A stretch of DNA of 64,000 nucleotides from Azolla caroliniana (lineage: Eukaryota; Plantae; Polypodiophyta). The notes beneath the pieces were generated by a model that was not told where the DNA came from, searched no databases, and was given only the letters and a program-made list of their open reading frames with translations. Position 1 is the stretch's first letter; every line of letters starts with the position of its first letter. The position numbers and the translations under genes are program-made. Where the stretch lies: contig JBHGNT010000005.1 of the NCBI GenBank assembly GCA_043228905.1, positions 19,902,001 to 19,966,000 on the forward strand. Direction: 5' to 3'. This document shows, piece by piece, positions 23,248 to 36,600 of the stretch.

Positions 23248-26200
23248 CTATCTACCCTTTAAAACGATGAGTGTCACGAGTCGTTTTGGATTGAGGACCC
23301 GGTTTGTCTGGATATTGACAATGGAAGTCTTCAAGAAGAGCACGAGCATTGGTCACATTCTCTATCGGTTCCCAAGTACGCTCGCTGGGACTATATCCTA
23401 GCCAATCGACTAGATAGTAGAGCTTGTTGTGAACAATCTTGGAATCAAGGATGGTGGCAACCTTGTACTGAGGTCCATCTTCAAGCTCGATCGGGAGTGA
23501 AGGCTGTGTAATACGTCCGGGAGTGGAGGCTGTGTAATACGTCCTGGGATGATGCTCTCTTGATAGGGTTCAAGGAGAGAACTATGAAACATCGGATGTA
23601 TCCGAAATTGCGGAGGTAGATCGAGACGAAAATAGACATCATTAATCTTTCCTATAATATGGAAAGGACCTAATCGTCGATAATCCAACTTCTCGCATGG
23701 GCGAGTGGTCTTGATGTGTCGTCGTAGTAGCCATACTCGATCTCCAATGTTAAAACTAGATGGAAGTCGATGACCATCCGCGTAAACCTTGTGTGTTTGT
23801 TGAGCTTGTTGGAGATGAGTAGATAAATCGGTTTGTATCTTGCGTAACCACTCTAAACGATCCTCTACGCAAGGATTTGTGGACAACTCTGGGGTTTCAA
23901 ATACACATCACCGGGGGTGAGAACCCGTATAAGCATAAAATGGCGTAACTTTAGTCTATGCGTGGACAGAGTTATTGTAGGCAAATTCGGCAAAGTGGAG
24001 AATATTTTCCCAATCATCCTGATGATAGCTTAGAAAGCACCAAAGATACTGCTCCAACGTTTGATTTTTTCATTCTGCTTGGCCATCGGTTTGTGGGTGG
24101 TAGCCGAAGGAGAGGTTATAAGTGACCTTGAGCATTTTAAAAAGGTGCTTCCAGAATTTTGATACGAACTAGGGTTCACGATCGCTGATGATACTATCGG
24201 GAAGGCCATGATGTCGATATACTTCGCCCATGACAATTTCAACGGTTTCTTCACTGGATATTTCCTTAGTACATGGCAAGAAATGAGCCATCTTCGTATA
24301 TCGATCTACGACTGTTAGAATCGCATTGAACCCCTTAGACACTGGAAGATCTGTGATGAAGTCTAGAGCAATGGATTGCCACGGCTTGCTCAGAATTGGT
24401 AATGGTTCTAATAAACCATATGGATGATGCCTTGGCATTTTCGCTTTGCAGCATGTATCACAAGTCCGAACAAAATCTTCAACAAATTGTCGCATACGGG
24501 GCCACCAAAATTATCGTTGTACTAAATCTAATGTTTTAGTACTACCAAAATGCCCAGTTGTATATGTGTCATGACAGTTTTGGACTACTCGAAGGCGGCA
24601 AGAACCATTAGGAACATACAAGAGTTCATTAAAGAATAGTAATCCATCATGGTATTTGAATTGCCGATAGTCAGTACCTAGTGGTTGCGACTATGAACAA
24701 GATGCTCGAGAGGGATCAATTTGTGCTAGAAGGGCTTGGGCGAAAGCATCGGTCTTCAAGTCCTCATGTATAGTATTGATAACATGGGAATCCATGGGCA
24801 TGCCAAAGACCTATGTTGCTTGTAGTCGTGTCGGTCCCAAGATTACTTGCTTTTGGTTATCAAAAGTTGGCTCGCTGGGACGCGATGCTAGGTACAAACA
24901 TCGTGATAATGCATTTGCCTTCCCTTGGTGCTTCCCCGGACGATATGTAATTTTGAAGTCAAAACGCATGAGGAAGTGGGCCCACCGAGCTTGACATCGA
25001 TTTAACACACGAGCGTCCTGAAAGTAGGCAAGGTTTTTGTGGTCATTGAATACGGTGACTTGATGAGAGGATCCCTCTAGAAAATGCCTCCATTGCGTAA
25101 AAGAGTCCACTATTGCCAATAGCTCCTTATCATGAATTTCGTAGTTGATTTCGGCGGCGTCAAACTTGCGTGAATGAAAAGCCACAGGATGTAGCTTCTC
25201 ATCATTACCCCATTGTGACAGAATGCTCCCCAATGCGAAATCCAATGTGTCTGCTTCGATAATGAATGGTTTTTCCGGATCAACATGAGCTTGAATTGGA
25301 GCCGATGTAAATGCCTTTTTAAAACTCTCAAAAGCCATGTCCGCTTCTTTAGACCAAACGAACGATTGTCCCTTCCTGGTAAGCTATGTGAGAGGCAGAA
25401 CGAGCTTTGAGTAATCCTGTATGAACTTCCGGTAAAAATTGGCAAAGCCTAAAAAGCATTGCACATCTCGCACCGAACACGGAGTTTGCCACTCTACCAC
25501 AGTTTTGACCTTAGTTGGGTCCATGGAGATGCCTTCCGAGGAAATGACATAGCCCAGAAATCCCACCTGGTTGCACCCAAAACTACATTTTTCCAGCTTT
25601 GCATAAAGACCATGTTCTCGAAGTCGTTTTAGTACTAACAGTACATGAGAACCATGCTCTTCTTAGGTCTTCGAATAAACCAGTAAATCATCCAAATAGA
25701 TGATCAAACAAACGCCCAAGAGATCTCAGAATATATCATTTGCCATGTGCTAGAAGACTTTTGGCGCATTAGTGAGGCCGAACGGCATGACCGTATACTC
25801 GAAGTGCCCATATCTGGTGCGAAACGCAGTCTTCCATTCATCTCCTGGTCAAATCTATACGAGGTTATAGGCTCACCCCGTAAGTCGATCTTCGTGAAGA
25901 ACCTAGCACCATTGATCTGTTCTAAAAGACTTGAGATAAGGGGAAGTGCATACCTATTTCTGATTGTAACCTTATTCAAGCCACGGTAATCTACAATGAG
26001 ACGAAGTGATCCATCCTTTTTCTTGACAAAGAAAATGGGTGCGCCGGCTGGAGATTTTGAATGCCGAATGAAACCATTTTCCAAATTCTCCTCTATATAG
26101 GCTCACGGGACTTCTAGCTCGGTTGGTGCAAATTGTAGATCGGTCCCCATGGTGGCTCTTTCCCCAATGTAAATCGATGGGGCAATCATACAGTCGATGG

Positions 26201-27033
26201 TAAGGAAGCATATTGGCTTGTACTTTATCGAACACATCGGCATAATGATGATACTTCTTTGGAAGTTGAACGGTGGACTCATCTTTAATGGTGTCTGAGG
26301 GCTTTACTAATATTGCAAAGAGAAACATTTCCTCCTTGCGTCCTTCTTCCCGCAACTGATGTAGTGAAATGGTTGCAATCTCATGAGTAGACCCTCGAGC
26401 TTTTCGATACCGGATTTCTCTTGTTCTCCAATCTATGTTTGGGTTATGTAATTCGAACCATGGTAATCCTAAAACAATGGGGTGTTCTGGGATGCTAATT
26501 ATATTAAATGATACTACACATGCTAGATTATCTAGGACAATATTAACGGGCTCTGACTCTTCTATGATATTTCCGGAAGCAATGGGACGACCATCAATGA
26601 CTACTACAGAGGCTGGACACGGGAGTTTTCTGAGTGATATTTGATGAGCTTGGGCAAAGTTCCCACCCATGAAGCAAGAATTAGCTCCAGAATCTAGAAG
26701 TTTTAAGACATGTATTGGAGGGGTACTTTTAGTACTAACTGTTACTTGGGCTACGAACACATTGCTAACTTGCTTAGAGGGAATGGAACCACTAATGGGC
26801 TGCACGGATCTAGGGTTGTCCAACCAAACGGCTCCTATTTTGGCTGGACTTAGTCGTTTAACTCTTCTTCTAACTGACTAAGGACATAAAATTTGTTCGC
26901 TAGATTTGGGCTATTAGTACTATTAGGACTATCAGATATCCCTATGGAAATAGACTCGGGTTTAGTACAATAAGAACTAGCAACTATTTGGTTTACCTGC
27001 CTTCTTGGCCTATGGGGACAGTGTACCGTGATA

Positions 27034-28743
27034 TGCGAAGCCTTCGCTTTTATTCTCGATGAGGTAGATCCACGTGTGCTGATTGTAGTCGTCAATGAAG
27101 GAGACGAAATACCGACTCCCGCCAAGACTAATGTTCTGTGATGATCCCCATATATCTGAATGGATTAGATCGACCCCGTTACGACTCCGGTTTCGTTCAA
27201 TGGGGGATGGAAGCCGGTCTTGCTTCCCGAGTTGGCAGGCTTCACATATTTGAGCCTTTCAGCCACTAAACTTTGGCAATCTGAACACAACTTGTTTCGA
27301 TTGCAGATCTAGAAGCCTCCGATAGTTGATGTGGTCGATCTGCTTATGCCAGAGATCGATGTCCAATTCAATCTTCTGTCCTTTGGCAAACATGGTGGTG
27401 CCGACATCATTTGTGTTGAGGATTAACATCCTCCCTTCCCTGCGCCCTTGCGCCATTATCCAGCCTTCTTCCTCGATGAAGCACCCGAGGTGCGTAAACC
27501 GCACCTGCATTCCCTAGTCGACGATTTGTCCGACCGACACCAGGTGCTTTGTGATTGTCGGAAAGTGTAGTACATTCATCAGCTTTCCCTTTTGTCCAAC
27601 ATGGCTTAAAGGGACTTCTCCGACATGCACAATCGGGTGAGGGATGTCATCTCCGGTTTCGACGATTCCCGGTTGTTCCGGTTTCTACAAAAACGAGAAA
27701 CACTCTTCGTGACTCATCATGTGGTTTGACCCTCCAGAATCAACATACCATACTTCCTCCGATCCGGAACTGGTCTTCTTCATCAAGTTCGCCTTTTTCT
27801 TTATCACGAAGGTTGGCCCTTTTCCGGTCTTCCTAGTTCCGGATCCTTCTGATCCTTCTACGTAGTGCGAGCTTTGTCGGCTCCCTTGTCCAGCCTTGCC
27901 GGATCTGGATTTATTCGAATCAGCACACTTCTTCCAACACTCGCTCTCTCAGTGGCCTTTCATGCCACAGTACCAGCATTCCGTGTCAGTTTTCAACTGT
28001 CGGTTTTCGTCTCTGACTTGACTCCCCCTGCTTGTGGAGGGTCCGGAACTGTTGTCGGCACCGTCTATGTGCCTTCGGTTCTGCTCTTGTCGGCCGCCTC
28101 CATTACGTGCCGACCCACCTCGTCCTCCACGCCCATAGGGTCGATCCGCCTCCGTGTACAACATCCGGTTGTCCGATTGAGTGGTCCTTGACCCACTCGG
28201 GTGGTTTTCTTCGACAATCAACATGGATTGTAAGTCGAAGAATGATGGTGGCTTCTCCCGAGTGCAAATTGCCGTCCGGATTGGCTCATACTGTTGTGCT
28301 AGACCACCAAGACAGATATGACTCATCTTGCCTTCTTCCACCGTTACGTTGATGGATCCAAGTGCATCGCAAATCTCCTTAATCTTGGTGGTTTAGTCCG
28401 TAACCGACATATCTCTCTACCAGATGTTGTTCAACTCTTGTCGGAACTGCAACTTACGGGTTGTGGTACTTGCGGCGAAAATCTTCCGTAGATTCTCCCA
28501 GGCCTCCTTTGGTGTTTTTGCGTCCTTGATGTAGTTGAGCATCTGATCGTGCACACCGGACGTGAGGCAGTACAATGTTGGGAAGTCTTTGTGTGCCGGC
28601 TCCGATGCTACCTCGTTGGTTCCTTCCACATAGCTCCAATATCCATGCCCCAACAGATACTAGTGCATTTTATATGACCAGGATGCAGAGTTGCTCCGGT
28701 CGAGCTTTTTTGTGGGAAGCGAACTTGTCATACCTCTGTCCAT
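27034..28743 (-). pseudogene. copia gag/protease/integrase N-terminus of copy 2, disrupted
   Basis: LLGHGYWSYVEG, zinc knuckle CWYCGMKGH, LWHKQIDHIN, IHSDIWG...FVSFIDD. Confidence 0.9.
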
Positions 28744-28816
28744 TTCGGTTCTCTACTGTTCTTCACCGGGTGTTAGGGTTTGTCTTCGAAAGCGTCATTT
28801 GGCTGCTCTGATACCA

Positions 28817-29263
28817 TGTAAAAGTTAGCGTGCGGAAGCTTGACAAAACTGGTTTAGTCGGGCAACAACAGAGAATAGAAAACACAGGTTCAATGGAAGC
28901 TTGAGAATATTTAGCATACACGGGAGAGAGAGAGAGAGCAGAACGTAAAAATCTATTCTAAAATAATAATCCTTTGTGTACATGGAATGTGCTCAGAGAA
29001 CACTTTTATACAAGTCCATAAAGGACTAACAAAAGTACTGACAGGTACTTCAATGCTCATACGAGCGACTGTCACTGACTCCCAAAAATATGCCTACGTA
29101 CTAGGTTGGATCTATAGGCCTCTAACGGCCTACCGGCTTCAATCCGATCCGACTCTTGGTTCCGGATATCATCCGGACACCGATCCGGTTCTCCATTCCG
29201 GATACCGATCCAGCTTTGGCTTATTTAGCCGATCCGGATCTAGTTGAGCTTGCTCGCTCAACA
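28817..29263 (-). repeat. 5' LTR of copia copy 2
   Basis: Followed by tRNA-iMet PBS TGGTATCAGAGC on the minus strand. Confidence 0.93.
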
Positions 29264-29794
29264 TATGTGCAATAAAGAATTCGGACTTTTAGGAGTTGTG
29301 GAGTAATATATGTAGTTTGTGTCGTTAAAAATTACTGGTATCGTTTTCCTAAAAGAATAATGGCATTATCCCTTTCTAGTTTTCCAACTTTCTAATTGCA
29401 ATGTTTCTAGAAAATGGTAACTTGATCATGTTGGGGTCCATCTTGAGCATCTTACCTTATCTATACACACAAATCATATGACCTCGAGGGACCTAAAATG
29501 TTTTTTACAGAGTATAATGTGCTTTTGATTATTAGTCGTCATTCATTGTTTGCTATTCCTTAGTAATTTAATGAAACATGACATTTCAAGTTCATGATTT
29601 AAATAGTATGCACGCATCCCATCATCTGGTGGGTCATAAACTCATGTATTTGAATCATTTTGACAAGATTGAGAATAACATAGCCTATGACCTCTATCTT
29701 AAGGTTATAGTGATATGCTATTAATGATCTGGATTAATATCTAATCGCCCTTTTGATCTTGCTTAATAGTCTATAACCTCTCTATTCTATAACA

Positions 29795-30250
29795 TGTTAT
29801 CAACACGATTAGCCTCTACCATAGCAATTAATTATTCTCTTATACAAATCTACCTTATTGTTACCATTAGCATGGTTTCTCAAGCTCTACAAATAGAGAA
29901 ATATTTATTCCTGCCACTTGCGTTGGATGGGTCCAATTATATGACTTGGATGGTTCATGTTGAAGGCCATCTCACAGTGAAAGATCTCCTTCATACGGTA
30001 AGTGATCATTTTAATGATGCAGAGAACTCAAATGCTAGGAAGAAGGGAGCGGAAGCATTCATCTTCATCCGTCATCACCTTGATCTAAGCCTTCAGAATC
30101 AATACTTCTCCATCAAGAATCCATCAACTCTCTAGAAGCAACTCAACGCCCATTTTGATCATCAACGAACCGTTCTCGACCCCAACTCTTCACATGAATG
30201 GAATCAACTTCATTTTCAAGATTTCAAGATAGTTGTTGAATATAATTCCC
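29795..30250 (+). mobile_element. Bianca-lineage copia remnant (PBS-like TTATCAACACG + gag N-terminus)
   Basis: LALDGSNYMTW...FIFIRHHLD...QLHFQDFKIVVEYNS resembles Bianca Gag as recalled; internal stop at 30133-30135; truncated. Confidence 0.7.
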
Positions 30251-30481
30251 AAAGAGCAACAATCAGATTATCTTTTGTTTGTATATCTTTACCCAAAACT
30301 TTAGGGTGGATAGCATCCACCTTCCCAAGAGAAAGTTTTCGTCTATATGGTCCACAAAGATGCCCGACCACTATAATTTCTCGTTGTCCAAATTTGATTC
30401 CTCTCTAGAGAATGTTAAACCAATTGTGGTGCTCTATTTTATAACACCCTGATGTTAGGCATATGAATCGGGAAATCACAT

Positions 30482-30520
<39 letters not shown>

Positions 30521-30989
30521 ATATCATGTGTATTATTTCTTGAAAAATAAAATTGTTCGTATACGAAGGCACATGTGAAATGATAATAACCGAAATAAAC
30601 ACCCTCAAATGTGTAAATGGTGGGTGTTCTAGGTTTGGATAGGGATATATATAACCCAAAAATAAAAAACATACACCTTGTATCCATAGATTTATAGTGT
30701 ACATATTATTGGGAATAAATACATAGTCCATGTATTTAACATCAAATATCCCACTTGAAAAAAAAACACCCATGATTATAGTCATATACAATATGTGAAC
30801 GATGGGGTGTGTGTCAATTGCCATAAGGCAAACACATATACCATCATTTGTTTGTTGAATCCAAAACCCGAAGTTAGAGTTCAATAAGGTGATTTTGTGA
30901 TGACCATAGATCGACATATTCGGATTCGTGGGGTTTTCCATTCGAATGCAAGCGAATATGTATACAAATGCATGGTCAAGTACTTGTTT

Positions 30990-31380
30990 TAAAAAAAGAC
31001 TTCATAAATTCCCTACTTTTTAGTCTCTTAAATATAAAAAAGAGCACTTTAACAATAAAATGGGCATATTTTTACTTCACATTTAAAAGGGGACTTACTA
31101 ATAATATTTTAAAATATAAAACTTAAAAATATTTGTTTTCTTGTTAATAAATAATAAATAAAAAGGTTCATAAATTCCCCACTTTTTACTCTCCCACAAA
31201 ATTTGATATTTTTATCTAACATTAAAAAGGGGACCGACGGTAATAATATTTTTATAATAGATGTAAAACTTAAAACTATTTGTTTTATTTTTAATAAAAT
31301 AATAAAGAAGGTTCATTAATTCCCCACCTTTTACTCTCCCACAAATTTTAATATTAAATAATAAACAAATGGTTTTATAA
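30990..31380. repeat. AT-rich imperfect tandem repeat, ~3 units of 145-165 bp
   Basis: TTCATAAATTCCC...TTTTACTCTC recurs near 31001, 31167 and 31312. Confidence 0.7.
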
Positions 31381-32765
31381 TATTCTTGGGGCCATTTCAT
31401 ATTCTCAAATATTGCGAATATCACACATGGGTCAATTTATGGTGATGACAATACACTACGAGGAAGCTATCATAAGGTGCATCCTAGATTAGATTAGAAC
31501 CTATATGCCCGACCACCCCCTAGCAATAGACGTGAGATAGACCAATACCTCCTCGATGTCCCTTACCATCGAGGGTTGATGTGATTCGTACCTTGGGTTT
31601 TGTGAGGAATGCACTTACTTAGCTAAAAAGAGCCATAGCCACACTGTCATAGTCTCAACATAAGTCAAGCCTCCTTGTAAAGAATGTAGCTACCTTTGTT
31701 ATATAGGCAAAAACCCTAGGCCCTAGTTTGTTCACACTTTACTACTTTATTTTAAGTGGTCAAGTGATGAGAGTGATTGACAATACATACTTTGCCCTAA
31801 ACAAGTTTGAGAGTTTGAGTATCACACTTTGATACAATGCTTTGCCTTTGATCGTATTCGATAATGCTTTCTACACATATTCGACCAAACCCAATCTTTG
31901 CACGAATTACTCATACAACCACAATGTTCACTTTGGATTGCAACATTCATTAGCAAAGTTCTCGAGAGTCGCTACTCACTTTCACATGTATTATGTGAAA
32001 TGTAATATTTTTGGTCTCATAGATCATATTTGACCTCAGAGAATTCTCTCTCTATATATAAAAGCATAATATTATATTAATTGTATGTAAAAACACAAGC
32101 CTTCTCCGCCCATATAGGTATCTCTCTCTTGCACACACATGTGCTCTATGTGGTGAAAACACAAAACCATGTGTGAAAAACACTATTAATAATGGTACCA
32201 CAATCGAGTGGTGACACTATAACAACAGTAGTGAGACATGGTGAATCACCAATAGACAAGACAAACACTGCAACACGGAAAGAATTTTGACTTGCTTGAA
32301 TTAACTAAAGTTTTACATCACTACTACTCTCTTCGGCTCTTGAAAATTTATGCTCTAACTCCATGGCTACCATCAAATACAAAAGCATTGTCTCTATCAC
32401 AAATTACAATTATGATGTAATGCCTAATATCGTAGAAATAGAAAAATGATCTCTCTCTCTCTCTCTCTCTCTCAAAGAGAAGCTTAATAAAGGAATGTCC
32501 TCCAAACCATAGGGCATGCACTTACATTGTAGAACTCATGTGTAAAGGCTATTATGCATGCCTACATAACATAAAGTGTGTGACTTTACACCTGTTCCTA
32601 GGGACATCTTAGAATGGCTCTATAACACTTTTGGTCATGACACCACACAATATGCATTCAACCAACTATACAACAAAGTGCGAGAAAGAGAGCCAACATC
32701 ATATAGAACAAACACCAAGAATGGTGACAAAGCGTTAACGCTATAATAAGAATCACTAAGTGTAA

Positions 32766-33320
32766 GATACAACCATACAGTAGGAAAGGTTCGAGCCAAA
32801 GATGTTATCTCCTTCTATAGTTAGTGATGGAGGAATAACATCTCATGCACCTGACTAACACCTCGAGTTGTTAAGAGTTGCATTTCTTTGACAAAAGATT
32901 GGTTGTTGGATCGGATACAATAGGAAAGGTTCGAGCCTAAGATGTTATCTCCTTCTATAGTTAGCGATTGAGGAATAACATCTCATGCACCTAACTAACA
33001 CCTCAAGCTGTTAAGAGTTGCATTTCTTTGACAAAAGATTGGTTGTCACATAAGATAAAATAGGAAAGGTTTGAGCCTAAGATGTTATCTCTTTCTATAG
33101 TTAGCGATTGAGGAATAACATCTAATGCACCTAACTAACACCTCGATCTGTTAAGAATTCCATTTCTTTGACAAAAGATTGTGTGTTTGGTCAGATACAA
33201 TAGGAAAGGTTTGAGCCTAAGATGTTATCTCCTTCTATAGTTAGCGATCGAGGAATAATATCTCAGGCACCTGACTAACACCTCGAGCTATGAAGAGTTG
33301 CATTTCTTTGACAAAAGATT
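32766..33320. repeat. 4 x 140-bp tandem array upstream of the MFS gene
   Basis: TAGGAAAGG at 32781, 32921, 33061 and 33201 (exact 140-bp period). Confidence 0.95.
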
Positions 33321-33614
33321 GTCTGTCTGGTCTGGTCTGGTTTGGACTCTGCTTAGGTTGGGTTCTCCGAAATATGAACACTATTTTCATTGGCAAATTA
33401 AGTTAGTGCATTTTTCTTTCACATTTCTTTGGTCTTCTCCACAAATGGAAAGATAGGTGGCCTTTTGCTTTCCTTCCCCTTTATAAATCTCTGAAACTTT
33501 TAGGGTTTTAGGTTCTTCTCCAAGAGGACAGAGACAGAGACTCTGTGGGTTGTGTGTCTCTGCAGAGATCTCTGCCTCAATTATGTGGGACATTACCCTG
33601 CCCACACCTCAGAG

Positions 33615-36600
33615 ATGGGCAGCTCTGAAGAAGGATCAAATCGGACAACAAAAGAAGAAGAAACAGAACACATGGGCTCCCCTGAAGAAGAATCAAACAG
33701 AAGAAGACCAACAACCACCAAAGAAGGAGAATTCGGATTGGGCACTTCTTGTGAAGAAGAATCACAAAGCAGCAGAAGGTCAATCAATAGACAGCGAGGA
33801 TTGGTCGAGGCGAGCAAATGGGCAGGCCTTGTTGGCGGTATGTGGGTTCAAGCCTTTGCAGGGAATGCATATACATTTGCTCATTTCTCGGATTCTCTCA
33901 AACATAGGCTTCATTATAACCAACTTCAGCTGAACAATTTGGGAGTTGCAAAGGATTTTGGTGAGAATGTCGGCCTGCTTGCCGGCCTCCTGTGCAATAG
34001 ACTTCACCCTTCCCTTCTTCTCTCCATTGGTGCTTTTAGTGGATTTGTTGGCTATGGATCGCTTTGGCTTGTTGCAAGTCACAAGATAGAGAAGCTCCCA
34101 TACTGGCTGGTTGGTACACGTACCTTCCGCATTTCTTTCGTTTCTTTGTATATATTTTTATATGTATATATGTATATATGCATGAATATATGTTTGTGGT
34201 ATTCTTGGTATCATCATGCTACACACATGTATGTTTCGGGCGGTGGCTGAGGGTGTAATAAGGGTCATTTTATGTTTTTTTGGGGTGGTGGGGCAAGATC
34301 TGTCTTTATCATGTACAAAGCATAAGCAAACTATAATTAAATAGTAATTAACAAATTGAACAAAAGAGGGAATTAGTATCCTCCCAGCTGAATATGCTAT
34401 GAGCATACATACATAACGCAATAATTAGGATTTAACTGGAGATGAAAAGTAGGCCCATTGTCCACATGTGATGAGAATGCCAATCAACCACCCCAATTAG
34501 AGGAAAAACAAGTAATCACTCTTGCTCTCTTTCATCAAATGAATAATGTTTTGAGGCTGGCGCTTATTATGCCTCGTAACCCATATCTGGGAAATTCAAC
34601 TCTCACCCCTACCCTCAATTGACACTAGTACAAAAATAATGCTCCCAATGAGGTGAAGAATCATCACATTCTAGGTAATGCATGCATGCACGCCGTACAT
34701 TATCAAAGTGTTTTTTCATTCAAGTCTCGAGAGCTTGGAACTTTAGTTGCTGCAAGTTCTTACAATGGTTCGCGATAATGATGCTCCAGGAAATGCATGC
34801 AATCACGATGGTTGAAGTAGTATTGTGTCCGAGCCTCTAGAGGGTATTTATTCATTACCATTCACTATGATGCCTAAAATCATGAAGATTCAGGCAGTAC
34901 ATGCATGCCTAATATGATCTAGTGCCAGTTAATAAAAGAGGACAAGAAGTTGAAGGGAAAGTGTTTGGGGTGCATTAAACGCATCACAAATATGTATGCA
35001 TATCTGTATGTATTCACATGTACGTCTAATTGGTACATGGAATCCTCAGTAACCAAATCAACAGTCAATGTTTTCTGCACTTGCTATAGATATATGTATG
35101 AATGTTGGTTTATGCATGGGCATATGTTTTTATACGCATGTCTTCTGACATGTTGCTTTTCGTAAATGAATAGTCAAACCAGCTTGTAGAACATTCAGAG
35201 GGTGTTAAATGATCATTTGAACCTCTGGAAAATTTTATATAAACAATAAATATCTCTGTAAGTTTTTGGGCCCACTAAGACACAATTTCACATCCAAGAA
35301 GCTAGATTGCTCCTGAACCAGATTTTTTTTTTCATCCTATGTAACTAGAAAGATTTGTAGAAATCCAAGGTTCTGTTCATTGAGGATAGTAGAAAAGAGA
35401 GAATGTGAACTATGTTAAACGTAGTCGTCGGTCCTCTAGTAGACTAAACCAAAAGCAGTTTGGTTGAATAAATTCAAGGCTTGCTCATTCTGCCAACCTC
35501 TTCACATTACTATCTTAGCCCGCTTGCTTGCCCCATCACTTATATCTCTTAAGTAACTTTATGTGGGACCTAGCGCAAGTAACTTTATTAGGTGTAACTT
35601 TGTGATTGAATGCACAAATGAACCGACCACATGATGATACTGGGCGAGTGCATGATTGACCCTCAGCTATTCTACACATGTCTGTCTTGCCTATTTCAAG
35701 AGTTCAGTAAGGTAGCTACAAAGTGGAAAAAAAAGTTATAAAAGAACAAAAATAATGCCTTCTAAATGACGTCTATTTAAAAAAATTCCTTTTGTAGCTT
35801 TGTCGTTTATTTTGTGTTTATGTTTTAGTTAGATAAATCCCTAGACATCCTCAACCAGCAGTGGAAACTTTGCATTGATTAAAGGTATGTAGGTATGCAA
35901 AAGGCATCTACTTCATGTGTAGCATAAAGTAGTTGTGAAGTTCTATAAAAACATCCTCCAACGAAAACACCTTTTGGTAACATCTATTTAAAAAATATCC
36001 TTTAGTTTTCTCTTTGATTTTAATTTATGTTTTTGATAATACCCTTCATATCCTCATGCAGCAGTAGAAACTTTTTATTGATAAAATGCAAATAGTATCT
36101 ACTTCATGCATAGCCATGGTATATTATCCTCAGATGGGGCTAGTTATGGGTGCCTATAAAATGTGGAATTAATACATTGCTGGAAATAATCGAAACTTTA
36201 ATATATGTTACCATCTTTTTTTCCTTGAATGTTATGATTTATTAAAAGCAATTGGAAATCTCTGTTTCTCATTAACATTTCAGTTGAGGAAGCAACTGAA
36301 AATAACCAGAAATAACTGTTTCTTATGGTATATTCTTTGATCTTGAAGCGTTTCAGCCAACAAATTAAAATGACTTCTGTAATAGAATCTTTCCAACATT
36401 TAGCTTAGAATTAAAATTGATGAGTTTTTTAATTAACTGTGATTTTTGCCCTTTATTCGCAGATGTGTGTTGCATTGTGTTTGGGTGCAAACAGTGCAAC
36501 TTGGTTCAATACTGGTGTTCTTGTGACATGCATGCGGAATTTCCCTAACAGCCGTGGCACGGTTGTTGGCTTCCTCAAGGGCTTTGTTGGTTTGAGTGGT

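Larger units (their letters stand above)
22818..27033 (-). mobile_element. Ty3/gypsy chromovirus (Tcn1-like), 5'-truncated, nested in copia copy 2
   Basis: PR (LLDSGANSCF), RT ([18 protein letters not shown]), RH (YEIHDKELLAIV), INT (PWQSIALDFITDLP, GPF), chromodomain (YYLVDWLGYSPSERTWEP, ~23300-23470); PPT 23248-23260; LTR 22818-23247. Confidence 0.93.
19960..29263 (-). mobile_element. Ty1/copia LTR retrotransposon (copy 2), both LTRs present, TSD TATGT, with nested gypsy
   Basis: TATGT at 19955-19959 and 29264-29268; LTRs 28817-29263 and 19960-20426; PBS TGGTATCAGAGC 28805-28816; PPT 20427-20435; gag, protease, pre-integrase, RT and RH remnants. Confidence 0.96.

Noticed and set aside
32766-33320. 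CRISPR-like array
   Set aside because: Units repeat over their whole length with no unique spacers, there are no cas genes, and the context is eukaryotic.
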